From contig CAVRZA010000006.1 in assembly GCA_963725665.1 (NCBI GenBank), forward strand, positions 256,001-320,000: a stretch of 64,000 nt of DNA, written 5' to 3'. Positions 48,974-58,145 of this stretch are shown piece after piece. Below the pieces are notes generated by a model. The model saw only the letters and a program-made list of their open reading frames with translations. It searched no databases and was not told where the DNA came from. Position 1 is the first letter of the stretch, and the number at the start of each line of letters is the position of its first letter. A program made the translations under genes and the position numbers. Source of the DNA: an uncultured Actinomycetes bacterium (GTDB taxonomy: Bacteria > Actinomycetota > Thermoleophilia > UBA2241).

Positions 48974-50209
48974 ATGAAGGTACTCGTAGTTGGAGCGGGA
49001 GCCCAAGGCCACGTAGTCACGTGGAACCTGGCGCGGTGTCCGGAGATCAGCGAGATCGTGCTCGGCGACATCGACGAGGCGCGCGCCCGGGCGGTCGCCG
49101 ATCAGGTCGGCGGCGGCAAGACGAGGGCAGTCGCACTCGACGCGTCGAGCGTCGAGGCGGTGAAGAAGGCCGCCGCGGGTGCCAAGCTCGTTATGAACGC
49201 GACCATCCCCGAGTTCAACATGGCGATCCTAGAAGCCTGTCTGGCAGTCGGTGTCGACTACCAGGACATGGCGACCGGTACCCTCGTCGATAAGACCATC
49301 GACGAGGCGACCCTCATGCAGATGGAGCTCGACGAGGACTTCAGGAGGGCCGGCCTTACGATGTTGACGTGCACGGGCATGGACCCCGGTGTCTCGAGCA
49401 CCTTCGCCGGCAACTGCTATGAGGACCTCGACGTCTGCACCGACATCCACATCAGGGACTACGCCGTGCTCGAGAGCCCCGTGGCGCTGCAGATGTGGTC
49501 GGTGTGGACCTACTACACCGACTGCGCCACGCCGCCCCTCACGTTTCAGGACGGCAACTACGTGCGGGCAGAGCCGTTCGGGCTGCGCGAGTTCTACCAG
49601 TTCCCCGAGCCGTTCGGGCGTGGTTGCGTCGTCGCCCACGACCACGAGGAACTGTCGACGATACCGCGCTTCCTGCCCAAGCACTTCGGCGACAAGGGGC
49701 TGAGGAACGTCACCTTCAAGCTCGGTTTCGACGAGGCCGCACTCAATGCCGACGAGGCGTTCGTGGCCAGCGGGATGGCCAGCAAAGAGCCCGTCGTGGT
49801 CAACGGTGTCGAGGTGAGGCCGATCGATGTCTATTGCGCCACGCTGAAGCCCAATCCCTCTCCTGAAGAGATGAGGCGGCTCGTCGAGGCTGGCGAGATC
49901 AAGGACTACGGAATCATCCTGGTCGACGCCTGGGGCCAAAAGGACGGCAAGCCGGCAAAGTGGAACTACAGCGTCTTCACGCCGACCATCCAGTGGATCA
50001 CCGAGCGCATCCCCGGCGCGACGTCGGTGTCGTACGGCACATCGACACCCGCGGCCGTCTACTCGGAGTTCCTCGTGAAGGACATGATCACGCAGAAGGG
50101 ATGCGTCGTGCCGGAGGTCCTGGAGCGGCCGGTACGCGACGCCTTCATCAAGGAGCTGGGCGACCGCGGCTTGCGCGTGACGCGCAGCTTCGAGACGGAG
50201 ATCAACTAA
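48974..50209 (+). CDS. Saccharopine dehydrogenase-like oxidoreductase (carboxynorspermidine synthase/lysine dehydrogenase family)
   Basis: VLVVGAGAQG Rossmann fold, GMDPG, HEE and G...PE motifs. Confidence 0.82.
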   Translation: MKVLVVGAGAQGHVVTWNLARCPEISEIVLGDIDEARARAVADQVGGGKTRAVALDASSVEAVKKAAAGAKLVMNATIPEFNMAILEACLAVGVDYQDMATGTLVDKTIDEATLMQMELDEDFRRAGLTMLTCTGMDPGVSSTFAGNCYEDLDVCTDIHIRDYAVLESPVALQMWSVWTYYTDCATPPLTFQDGNYVRAEPFGLREFYQFPEPFGRGCVVAHDHEELSTIPRFLPKHFGDKGLRNVTFKLGFDEAALNADEAFVASGMASKEPVVVNGVEVRPIDVYCATLKPNPSPEEMRRLVEAGEIKDYGIILVDAWGQKDGKPAKWNYSVFTPTIQWITERIPGATSVSYGTSTPAAVYSEFLVKDMITQKGCVVPEVLERPVRDAFIKELGDRGLRVTRSFETEIN

Positions 50210-50336
50210 CCCCGCCCACGTGGGCCGAGGCGCTTCGTCGCCGGCTACGAGTCCAAGAAGAAGAAGCGAGGCGGGGACGGCCCATATGGGCCGCCCCCGC
50301 TCACGTCGTCACCCGTGGATGCTTGGGGTCACAACC

Positions 50337-51930
50337 CTACTGCACGTCGACGAAGATCGGGTTCGAGTAGAACCACAGGTCGGCCCACGCCTTGGCGGCG
50401 GTGTTCGTGCCCATCCTCATGTCGAGGCGCGGGTTGCCGGCGGCGGTGGTCTGGTTCTTGACGTCCAGGCCGAGGTTCGTGCCACGCAGACGGAAGTACA
50501 TGTCGCTGGTCACATTGTCGGCGGTCGTGGTGATGACGTTGAAGCCCTCGCCGTCGACGGTCCAGTCGGCGGACGTGAAGCGTTGCACCACGTGCGTCGA
50601 CGGGTTGGTCTTGTTGCTCTTGAACTCGGGGCTCGACGGGTCGATCAGGCCCGTCACGTTGCCGGCGATGAGGTCGACGTGATCGACGACCGGCACAGTC
50701 ACCGTGGTAGTTGGTCGCCGGGCTCTTGAAACGGATGGTGATCGTCACGGTCGAACCCGAGCTGACGGCGAGCGTGCCGCCCATCTCGGCCGGCTCACTC
50801 CCCGACGCGGCGGTGAAGTCGAGCTCGTTGATGAGTCCACCCATGGCCGAGAAGGACTTGCCGGCGCGCAGGCCATCGACGATGCCCTGCTGGGTGAACT
50901 CGGCCACCCAGGTGTGGTCCTGGTTGTACTCGCCGGGCCAGAACTCCTCTTCGGGGTTGTGGAAGTCGGAGTCGGCGAAGATCCAGAAGTGGCGGCCTTC
51001 GCCGAGCAGCGCATCCCACACGCCGCCGATCTTGGCTGTGTAGAGGTCCGCCCCGCCGTAGGTGCGCGCCGTGTTGGTGACCGCCCAGCTCACCTTCTTC
51101 ATCTCGGCAGGGCTGTCCTCGTCGAGCGCGCGCCCGTTCTTGTCGAAGAACGAGTCGTAGCCGCCGCGGAACGGCTCCTTCTGGGAGCCGGGGACGCCGG
51201 CCATGCCGAAGCAGACCGTGGGCGCCGCGTTGTTGAAGGTGCGGATCGCTGCGACCGGCCAGCGCAGGTCACGCGAGGGGTGGCTGATGACGCTGTAGGC
51301 GCTGTCGGGGTAGGTGTCTTTGAGAAAGGTCGCACCCGCGACGTACCCCGTCGGGCCTTGGTTCTGCTTGGTCACGCCGAGTACCGCGCGTGAGATGTCG
51401 GGCTCTGGAAGTCGAACTTGTAGATGAAGTCGCTGAGCGAGATCGGCATGTCCTCGATGATCGCCGTCTTGGCCTCAGCGTCCTCCTCACCCTTCGTCAC
51501 GGGGACGCCCCACTCGACGCCCTCGATGATGATCTTGCCGGGGTAGCTCGGCCTGAGCTGCTCAAGGAGCGGCCACTCCAGATCCTTGAGGCTCAGCCAG
51601 ACGTCCATCGACACCTTCACGGGATCCCAATCGACGTTCATGCCCGCGCAGGCGCTTGCCCAGCGGATCGAACGTGGACGGCGCGCCGTGGTCTGCCGTC
51701 CCGATCCAGTCGAGGCCGAACTGCGAGAGGGCGTGCTCCAAAACGGCGGCCTCGGTCTCTTCGCCATCGCTCAGCCAGGTGTGGTTGTGCATGTCGCCGG
51801 CTACCCACTGCCCCGGAAGGGGGGCGGCGCCGGCGGTCCCGCCTTTGACAAGAACGGCGCCGGCCACGACGGCCAGGCCGACGGCAACGATCACCGCCAC
51901 GGCAACGACGGTCTTTCGTGACGAGAACAT
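50337..51930 (-). CDS. Secreted PHP-like metallo-hydrolase, three apparent frameshifts
   Basis: Signal peptide, GDMHNHTWLSDG, ADH, EW, SHP, DSDFH, FWPGEY and WFYSNPIFV spread over four ORFs. Confidence 0.65.
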
Positions 51931-52088
51931 GGTGCCCCTTTCTCGCGGGATGCATGACGGATGAGAAGCCCCTCATTGGGGATGTGCAGTCCCCGAGCTT
52001 CACCGATCGGTAGCGCGGAACCCCTCACCTCCTCCCCCACGAGACGACGCGCGTACCCCGCTCAGGCTTCGCTGCCATCTCGAGTGCC

Positions 52089-52193
52089 GATTGTAGACTG
52101 TCAACTGGGTGTCTGTCGAGGGTCCGACCGAGGACTCGGGCACGGAGACGTTGCCCACTCGCAGCGCTCCTGATAGATTGTCGACTGTCGACT
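52089..52193. promoter_or_regulatory. Two operator-like boxes in a divergent promoter region
   Basis: GATTGTAGACTGTCAACT (52089-52106) and GATTGTCGACTGTCGACT (52176-52193), 16/18 identical. Confidence 0.55.
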
Positions 52194-52262
52194 TAGCGAG
52201 GCCCAGGCGGCGCACGATCGGCGGCGCCGCGGCCGGACCAACGGCTACGAGGAGTCCTCCCC

Positions 52263-53699
52263 ATGACGACTGATGCTGCTCCCCAACCCCGCACTCTCAC
52301 CCCGCGTGTCCGGACCAAGCTGCCCGGTCCCAGGAGCCGAGAGCTGCTGGCCGTGAAGGACAGGGTCTTCTGCGGCCCCTTGCGCGAGGGCGTCGACGTC
52401 CCTTTCGTCATGGCGCGCAAGTCTGACTGGATCATCGAGGACGTCGACGGCAACACGTACGCGGACCACGTCTCGGCTTGGGGCTCCACTCCGCTTGGGG
52501 CCAAGCCTGAGGTCGTCCTCACTGCCACGGCAGAAGCCATGCAGCGCTACGGTATGGAGATCACCGACTACGTGATGAGCGAGCCGCCGCTGGCGCTCGC
52601 CGAACGCCTGCTCGACATCGCGCCGCCCGGGATCGCGCGCGTCGGGCCGAGCATCAGCGGTACGGAGGCCGTCGAGGCCGGCGTGAAGCTCGCCCGCGAA
52701 GCGACAGGCCGCCCCATGATTCTCGGCTTCCACGGTCAGTATCACGGAGAGTCGACCTATCTGACGGCGGCCGCCAGCACCGACCTCTCCGAGGTGAGCA
52801 GCAACAACGCGCAATACGTATCGGGCTTCGTGTTCACTCCGTACCCCAACCGGTTCCGCGCTCCCTTCCATCGTGGGCCCGGACCCTATGACGACACGAT
52901 GTACGTGGATTTCATCGAGGAATGGCTCCTCGTCCACCAGGTTGACCCTGAGCAGATCGCCGGCGTCCTCATCGAGCCAGTGCTCGGCGAGGGAGGCATC
53001 CTCATCCCCTCTCAGGCATTCTGGGACCGGCTGACGGGCCTCTGTCGACGCTTCGGATGGAAGCTGGTCCTCGACGAGGTGCAGACCTGTCTGGGGCGCT
53101 GTGGGACCATGTTCGCCGCCGAGATCTGGGGCCTCGAGCCTGACGTCGTCCTCATGGGCAAGGCCATCGCCGGCGGAGGTCAGCCGATCGCCGCCGTGCT
53201 GGGCACCGAAGAGGTCATGAGCGAGACCGACGTGCAGCCGGGTGGCACCTTCGCGTGGACGCCGGCAGCCTGCGCCGGGGCCTTGGCGAGCATCGACGCG
53301 ATCGTTCGCGATCAGGCCTTGGAGAACGCCCAACGGCTCGAGCAGATCGCTCGCGAGACGCTCGAGCCGCTCGTCGAGCGGTTCGAGCAGGTGGGCGACG
53401 TGCGCGCCATCGGCGCGTGGGTCGGCGTGGAGTTCGTGACAGACAAGGAGAGCATCAGGCCCGCGCCGGCCTTCCACAGCGCCGTGCACCAGGCCCTGGT
53501 GCGACGCGGCGTCCTCGGCATCACCCAGTGGGGCAAATGGGTCTACCGGATGCAGCCGGCGATCAACATGCCGGCGGAGCTCTTCCGCTGGTCGTGTCTG
53601 CAGGTGGCCGATGCCGTCGACGAAGTGTCGAAGGCCCCCCCGCGGGAACCGGGACTGCTCGACCGCTACGTCGGCGGCGAGCGGCGGCGCACCGGCTAG
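52263..53699 (+). CDS. Class III aminotransferase (GABA/putrescine transaminase-like)
   Basis: DVDGN.Y.D, SGTEAVE, YHG, EPVLGEGG, DEVQT and GKAIAGG motifs. Confidence 0.9.
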   Translation: MTTDAAPQPRTLTPRVRTKLPGPRSRELLAVKDRVFCGPLREGVDVPFVMARKSDWIIEDVDGNTYADHVSAWGSTPLGAKPEVVLTATAEAMQRYGMEITDYVMSEPPLALAERLLDIAPPGIARVGPSISGTEAVEAGVKLAREATGRPMILGFHGQYHGESTYLTAAASTDLSEVSSNNAQYVSGFVFTPYPNRFRAPFHRGPGPYDDTMYVDFIEEWLLVHQVDPEQIAGVLIEPVLGEGGILIPSQAFWDRLTGLCRRFGWKLVLDEVQTCLGRCGTMFAAEIWGLEPDVVLMGKAIAGGGQPIAAVLGTEEVMSETDVQPGGTFAWTPAACAGALASIDAIVRDQALENAQRLEQIARETLEPLVERFEQVGDVRAIGAWVGVEFVTDKESIRPAPAFHSAVHQALVRRGVLGITQWGKWVYRMQPAINMPAELFRWSCLQVADAVDEVSKAPPREPGLLDRYVGGERRRTG

Positions 53700-53791
53700 G
53701 CCACCCCGCGATGCGCCTCGCCGGACGCCTCGCGGGCGGCTCACGGCGAAGGCCAGACCCCGCCCATGATAGCCCGGGATCAAAATGGACC

Positions 53792-53830
53792 GAGCCGCGG
53801 CGGGGCGCCTGCGGCGCCCCGCCGCGGCTC
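53792..53830. terminator. Bidirectional hairpin
   Basis: Perfect 18-bp stem GAGCCGCGGCGGGGCGCC with TGC loop. Confidence 0.6.
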
Positions 53831-53859
53831 TCGTCACTCACCGTAAGCGGTGCTGCCTG

Positions 53860-55935
53860 CTAGTGCATCGCCCCGATCTGCTCCGGCAGGAGTTCGAGGA
53901 CCGCGGCCATCGCGTTGAGCCGCACGTCGAGCTCGCTCGCCTGCCGATCGCGCTCTTCTTGCAGGTCGTCGATCGCCTGGCTCAGATCGCCGGCCTCGAT
54001 CGCCCGGTACTCGGGCAGCACGTCGATCGGCTGCGGCAGGTGTCCCTGCCCGGCCCAGTTGATCGCCCAGTAGTCGGGGTCGTGGCGGTTCAGCTCGTGG
54101 TAGTACACCACGGGGCTGAAGGTGAGCCCGTACCAGGTGAAGCCGATGCCGGCCAGCGTCTCGAGCGCCGCTGCGGTGTCGGGCGACGGCGCCTGCAACG
54201 CCGCCAGCGCGCTGTTCACGGCCTGCAGGTCCCAGAGTACCTGCTGGTGCGGATAGACAGTGTTGTCGCCCCAGTCGAGGGCGGTGAAGTTGCGGTTGAT
54301 CGCCTTGGCCACCTTCATCAGCAGGCGGCTCGCGTCGGCTCGCGCCCCAGGTGAGATGCTCGCCGCCCGGGCGTCGTACGCGGCCGCTGCATCCTTGAAC
54401 GCCTGCACGGCGCCGGCCAGGCGTGTCGCGGCGGCCGACGATGCGCCCGCCGCTTCCAGCTCGGCGGGGTTGACGGTGCTCTCGATCTGCACGGCGCGCG
54501 CCGTCAAGTTGTACGGCAGCAGCCGCCTGTCGAGCGCGACGCCCACCTTCTGCAGCATCTTCACGCAGGAGGCGAAGTACCGCCAATCGACCTTGGTGAC
54601 ACTGTCGTTGGGCGTGTGGTAGTTCCACGGGTACCACGAGTCGGCAGACGCCCAGAGCGACACAGCGGGGATACCGGCGGCGTTGAAGGGCCAATGGTCG
54701 CTGCCGCAGTCGACGTTGTCGAAGACGTCGGTGGGCCCGTCCGGGCCGACCAAGCTGGGGTTGTTCTCGATGATCTTCTGCATGAGCGGCAGGACTTCGG
54801 AGCTGACGCCGAAGTACATCTGCCCGTCGGGGCTGCCGGCGCCTTCCACGTTGAGCACGCCGGCGACCTTGCCCGGCCAGCTCGCATGGACTTTCGTCGC
54901 CGAGTACCAGGCCCCGTAGCACCAGTCGTACCAGGTGTCTACCTGGCCTCCCTCCTCGCCCGTGGTCGAGAGGAAGACGATCGTGCGCCGCGGCACGTAG
55001 CCCGCCATCTTCATCGCCCTGGCGATGACGAGCTGCGCGACGTCGGCTGTCGTGTTGTCGACGGCGCCCTGGAAGAAGGCGTCGTGGTGAGCGACGAAGA
55101 GGATCTTCTCGCCGTTCTTCACACGGCCGGGGATGACACCAATGACGTTGTAGCCGGTGCCGCCCTCGGTCCCCAACGTGAGCGTGGCGTTCAGCTTCAC
55201 GGTGGCAGTCGTCGGCCCCGCGGCGATCTTCGCCTTCAGCCAGTCGCCCTTAGCGCGCCCGATGTAGACGAGCGGCGCCCAAGAGGGATCGTGCTCGCCG
55301 TCATTGCTGCCAAGGGTGTTCGGGTCCTCGAAGAACGCCGTGTTGTCGATTGACGTCGTGAAGATCAGCGCCTTGGCGCCGCGGATCGTCGCCTCGTGCG
55401 AGGGACAGTTGCTCCAGCAGTCCTGGCTGCCGGGTGAGTGGTCGTCGGTGAAATCCATGAGCACGATCTTGCCCGAGACGTCGCCCAGGGCGTCGAACTC
55501 CGCCGCCGTGCCGCGCCCCGCGTAGACGACCTCGCCGGTGATGCCGCCCTTCGGCGTACCGGCGATGCAGGTGAACGAGGAGGCCTGCATGAGGCGGGTG
55601 CCGACCTTGACGCTGGCGCCCCGAAACTCCCAGGCATCCATGGTGATGGGCTCCAGGTGCACGTTCCTGAGCCCGGCGAGCTGCATCTGTGAGGCCAGAT
55701 AGAGCGAGCACTGGAAATCGGCCCTGCTGCCGCCGGTACGAAAGCCGAGCGGGCTGTCGCCCAGACTGCAGATATAGCGCTCTACCCGCTGTGGGAAGCC
55801 TCGCTGCAACAGGATGTCGACCGCACGGTCGAGGCTCGGCCTCGACGATGCCAGGGTCGGCGGCGGCGCTGCGAGGAGTGTCGTGAAGATCAGTAGGAAC
55901 ACCGTGATCGGCAGGGTTGTGCGGGATCGGCCCAT
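53860..55935 (-). CDS. Secreted M28 peptidase with PA domain
   Basis: Signal peptide, PA domain (VYAGRGT, GKIVL), AHHD, GAVDN, GEE, SDH and YHT motifs. Confidence 0.82.
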   Translation of the reverse strand: MGRSRTTLPITVFLLIFTTLLAAPPPTLASSRPSLDRAVDILLQRGFPQRVERYICSLGDSPLGFRTGGSRADFQCSLYLASQMQLAGLRNVHLEPITMDAWEFRGASVKVGTRLMQASSFTCIAGTPKGGITGEVVYAGRGTAAEFDALGDVSGKIVLMDFTDDHSPGSQDCWSNCPSHEATIRGAKALIFTTSIDNTAFFEDPNTLGSNDGEHDPSWAPLVYIGRAKGDWLKAKIAAGPTTATVKLNATLTLGTEGGTGYNVIGVIPGRVKNGEKILFVAHHDAFFQGAVDNTTADVAQLVIARAMKMAGYVPRRTIVFLSTTGEEGGQVDTWYDWCYGAWYSATKVHASWPGKVAGVLNVEGAGSPDGQMYFGVSSEVLPLMQKIIENNPSLVGPDGPTDVFDNVDCGSDHWPFNAAGIPAVSLWASADSWYPWNYHTPNDSVTKVDWRYFASCVKMLQKVGVALDRRLLPYNLTARAVQIESTVNPAELEAAGASSAAATRLAGAVQAFKDAAAAYDARAASISPGARADASRLLMKVAKAINRNFTALDWGDNTVYPHQQVLWDLQAVNSALAALQAPSPDTAAALETLAGIGFTWYGLTFSPVVYYHELNRHDPDYWAINWAGQGHLPQPIDVLPEYRAIEAGDLSQAIDDLQEERDRQASELDVRLNAMAAVLELLPEQIGAMH

Positions 55936-55956
55936 GGCTACCTCCCGAGTAGGGTT

Positions 55957-56010
55957 GGTCGGGCGGGGCCGTCGCGAGCGGCGCGCCGCTCGCGACGGCC
56001 CCGCCCGACC
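55957..56010. repeat. Perfect 54-bp spacerless palindrome
   Basis: GGTCGGGCGGGGCCGTCGCGAGCGGCG followed by its exact reverse complement. Confidence 0.85.
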
Positions 56011-56043
56011 GTCACCCTATCTCCGCGCCACGTCGTCGTCAAC

Positions 56044-56061
56044 GATAGACTGTCGACAATC
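56044..56061 (-). promoter_or_regulatory. Operator-like box
   Basis: Minus strand reads GATTGTCGACAGTCTATC, similar to the 52089/52176 boxes; upstream of the M28 gene. Confidence 0.5.
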
Positions 56062-56131
56062 GTTTTGAGCAGCTCGGCGCCACAGGATCATCAGCCGGGA
56101 CAGGCCCGCCGACCCCTCTCGAGGTCCCACC

Positions 56132-57175
56132 CTAGGCCATAGGCCGCGTCATGACGGCGGCGAGCGCGGCAGCCGCTTCCTCGACGGCGTCATCATCGAT
56201 GTGCAGATGGGTGACGAACCTAATGCCGTACGGGTTCGGGTCGCCGAGCACGCCGCGTTCGGCAAGTCGCTCGGTGATCTCTTCGGCGGAACGGCCAGAC
56301 GGTGTGGTGTCGGCCAACACCATGTTCGTCTGCACCCGCTCCGGCTCCACCGCCAGGCCATCGATGCGAGCCAGCAGCGTAGCGAGACGGCGCGCGCGCC
56401 GGTGGTCGTCGGCAAGCCGGTCGATGTTGTGTTCGAGAGCGAAAAGCCCGGCTGCGGCAACGATGCCCGCCTGGCGCATCGCCCCGCCGAACTGCGCTCG
56501 ATACCGCAGCGCGCGCCGCAGGACTGTCGAGTCGCCGACGAGTAGCGAACCGACCGGCGCCCCCAGCCCTTTCGAGAGGCAGAAGCTCACCGTGTCGCAG
56601 AGAGCGGCGATCTCCGCTACCGGCGTCCCGGTGGCGACCGACGCGTTGAAGATGCGCGCGCCGTCGAGGTGGAGCCTCATCCCGTGACTGTCGCAGAAGG
56701 CGCGCACTTGGCGCATCCTTTCCAGCGGGTAGACCAACCCCCCGCACGCGTTGTGGGTGTTCTCCAGCACCACGGCGCGCGTAACGGCGTCGGTCTCGTC
56801 CTCGTCGGTCTGCACCCAGGGCTCCATCTCCACCGGATCGAGCGTGCCGTCAGGCGAGTCGAAGCAGTGAGCCTGGAGGCCGCAGAGGGCGGCCGAGGCT
56901 CCCATGGAGTACAGCTCTATGTACGAGCGGGCGTGCAGGAAGATGACCTCGCTGGGGTTCGTCAGAGCGCGAAGGCCCACGTGGTTTGCCATCGTGCCGG
57001 TAGGAAAGAAGACGGCGGCCTCCTTGCCGAACAGGTCCGCGGAGTACTCCTGCAGCCGGTTGACGGTCGGGTCCTCACCCGACTCGTCGTCGCCGACCTC
57101 AGCTTCGAACATGGCCCTCCGCATCTCTTGGCTGGGCAGGGTCTTGGTGTCGCTTCGCAGATCGATGGGGCGCAT
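56132..57175 (-). CDS. ltaE: Low-specificity L-threonine aldolase family
   Basis: DLRSDT, GDD..GEDPT, TGTMAN, LENTHN, HLDGARIFNA and LSKGLGAP motifs. Confidence 0.88.
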   Translation of the reverse strand: MRPIDLRSDTKTLPSQEMRRAMFEAEVGDDESGEDPTVNRLQEYSADLFGKEAAVFFPTGTMANHVGLRALTNPSEVIFLHARSYIELYSMGASAALCGLQAHCFDSPDGTLDPVEMEPWVQTDEDETDAVTRAVVLENTHNACGGLVYPLERMRQVRAFCDSHGMRLHLDGARIFNASVATGTPVAEIAALCDTVSFCLSKGLGAPVGSLLVGDSTVLRRALRYRAQFGGAMRQAGIVAAAGLFALEHNIDRLADDHRRARRLATLLARIDGLAVEPERVQTNMVLADTTPSGRSAEEITERLAERGVLGDPNPYGIRFVTHLHIDDDAVEEAAAALAAVMTRPMA

Positions 57176-57293
57176 CCTTCGCTCCTCGGTCGAGACCGGC
57201 TCGGGGGCCGAATCACCTCACATCCGGCGCCTCCTGAATGCTCTCGGGTATGATGTCGTCAGTCAACAGTCAACTGGCATGAGGAGTCGGTCG

Positions 57294-58055
57294 ATGGCAA
57301 GGTTCACGGACAAGGTGGCGCTGATCACGGGCGGCACGCGGGGCATTGGGTATGCGACCGCCGCACTCTTCGCCCGAGAGGGCGCGGGAGTAGTCATCTG
57401 CGGCCGTGATGAAAGGCGCCTGACAACGGCCACGGCGGAGCTCGAGACACAGGGCGGGCCTGTAGCCGGCGTCCGTTGCGACGTCGGTTCCGAGCAGGAC
57501 GTCGAGCGACTCTTCTCGGAAGTCCTGGACCTCTTTGGAGGCCTCGACGTTTGCGTCTGCAACGCCGGAATCGAGACGGACGAAGAGTTCACGATCTTCG
57601 ACCTGCCGCCGGCGGTCTTCGACGAGAACATGCGGACCAACGTGCGCGGCGTCTACCTGACATCCCAGGGCGCGGCGAGGACGATGAAGGGCACCGGAGG
57701 CGCCATCGTCATCGTCGGTTCGTCGAGCGGCATCATCGCCGATGTCACCGCCCCCTCTCCCACGTACGATGCGACCAAGGCCGCCGTGCACATGTTCGCG
57801 AAGGCCCTCGCCCTCGAGCTGGCGCCGTACGGCATCAGGGTGAACGCGGTCGCCCCAGGCTGGATCGAGACCGACATGACGGCCGTCGAGGCGGACGACC
57901 CCGAAGTGGTCGCAAGCTGGCTCGAGCGCATCCCGCTCCGCCGTCTAGGGCAGCCCGATGAGGTCGCCGAGGTCATCGCCTTCCTGGCGAGCGAGCGGGC
58001 TTCGTACATGACGGGCTCGGTTGTCACCGTCGACGGCGGCGAGACCGTCATCTGA
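57294..58055 (+). CDS. SDR oxidoreductase
   Basis: TGGTRGIG, NAG, YDATK (YxxxK) and PG.I.T motifs. Confidence 0.9.
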   Translation: MARFTDKVALITGGTRGIGYATAALFAREGAGVVICGRDERRLTTATAELETQGGPVAGVRCDVGSEQDVERLFSEVLDLFGGLDVCVCNAGIETDEEFTIFDLPPAVFDENMRTNVRGVYLTSQGAARTMKGTGGAIVIVGSSSGIIADVTAPSPTYDATKAAVHMFAKALALELAPYGIRVNAVAPGWIETDMTAVEADDPEVVASWLERIPLRRLGQPDEVAEVIAFLASERASYMTGSVVTVDGGETVI

Positions 58056-58057
58056 AG

Positions 58058-58112
58058 GACCGGACCCTCGTCGCGGGTGGCTCCTGAGCCACCCGCCGCC
58101 GAGGGTCCGGTC
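58058..58112. terminator. Long hairpin between convergent genes
   Basis: GACCGGACCCTCG..GCGGGTGGCTC / GAGCCACCCGC..CGAGGGTCCGGTC. Confidence 0.55.
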
Positions 58113-58145
58113 TACAGCATGACCCACGTCGGGGACTCTGTCGTT

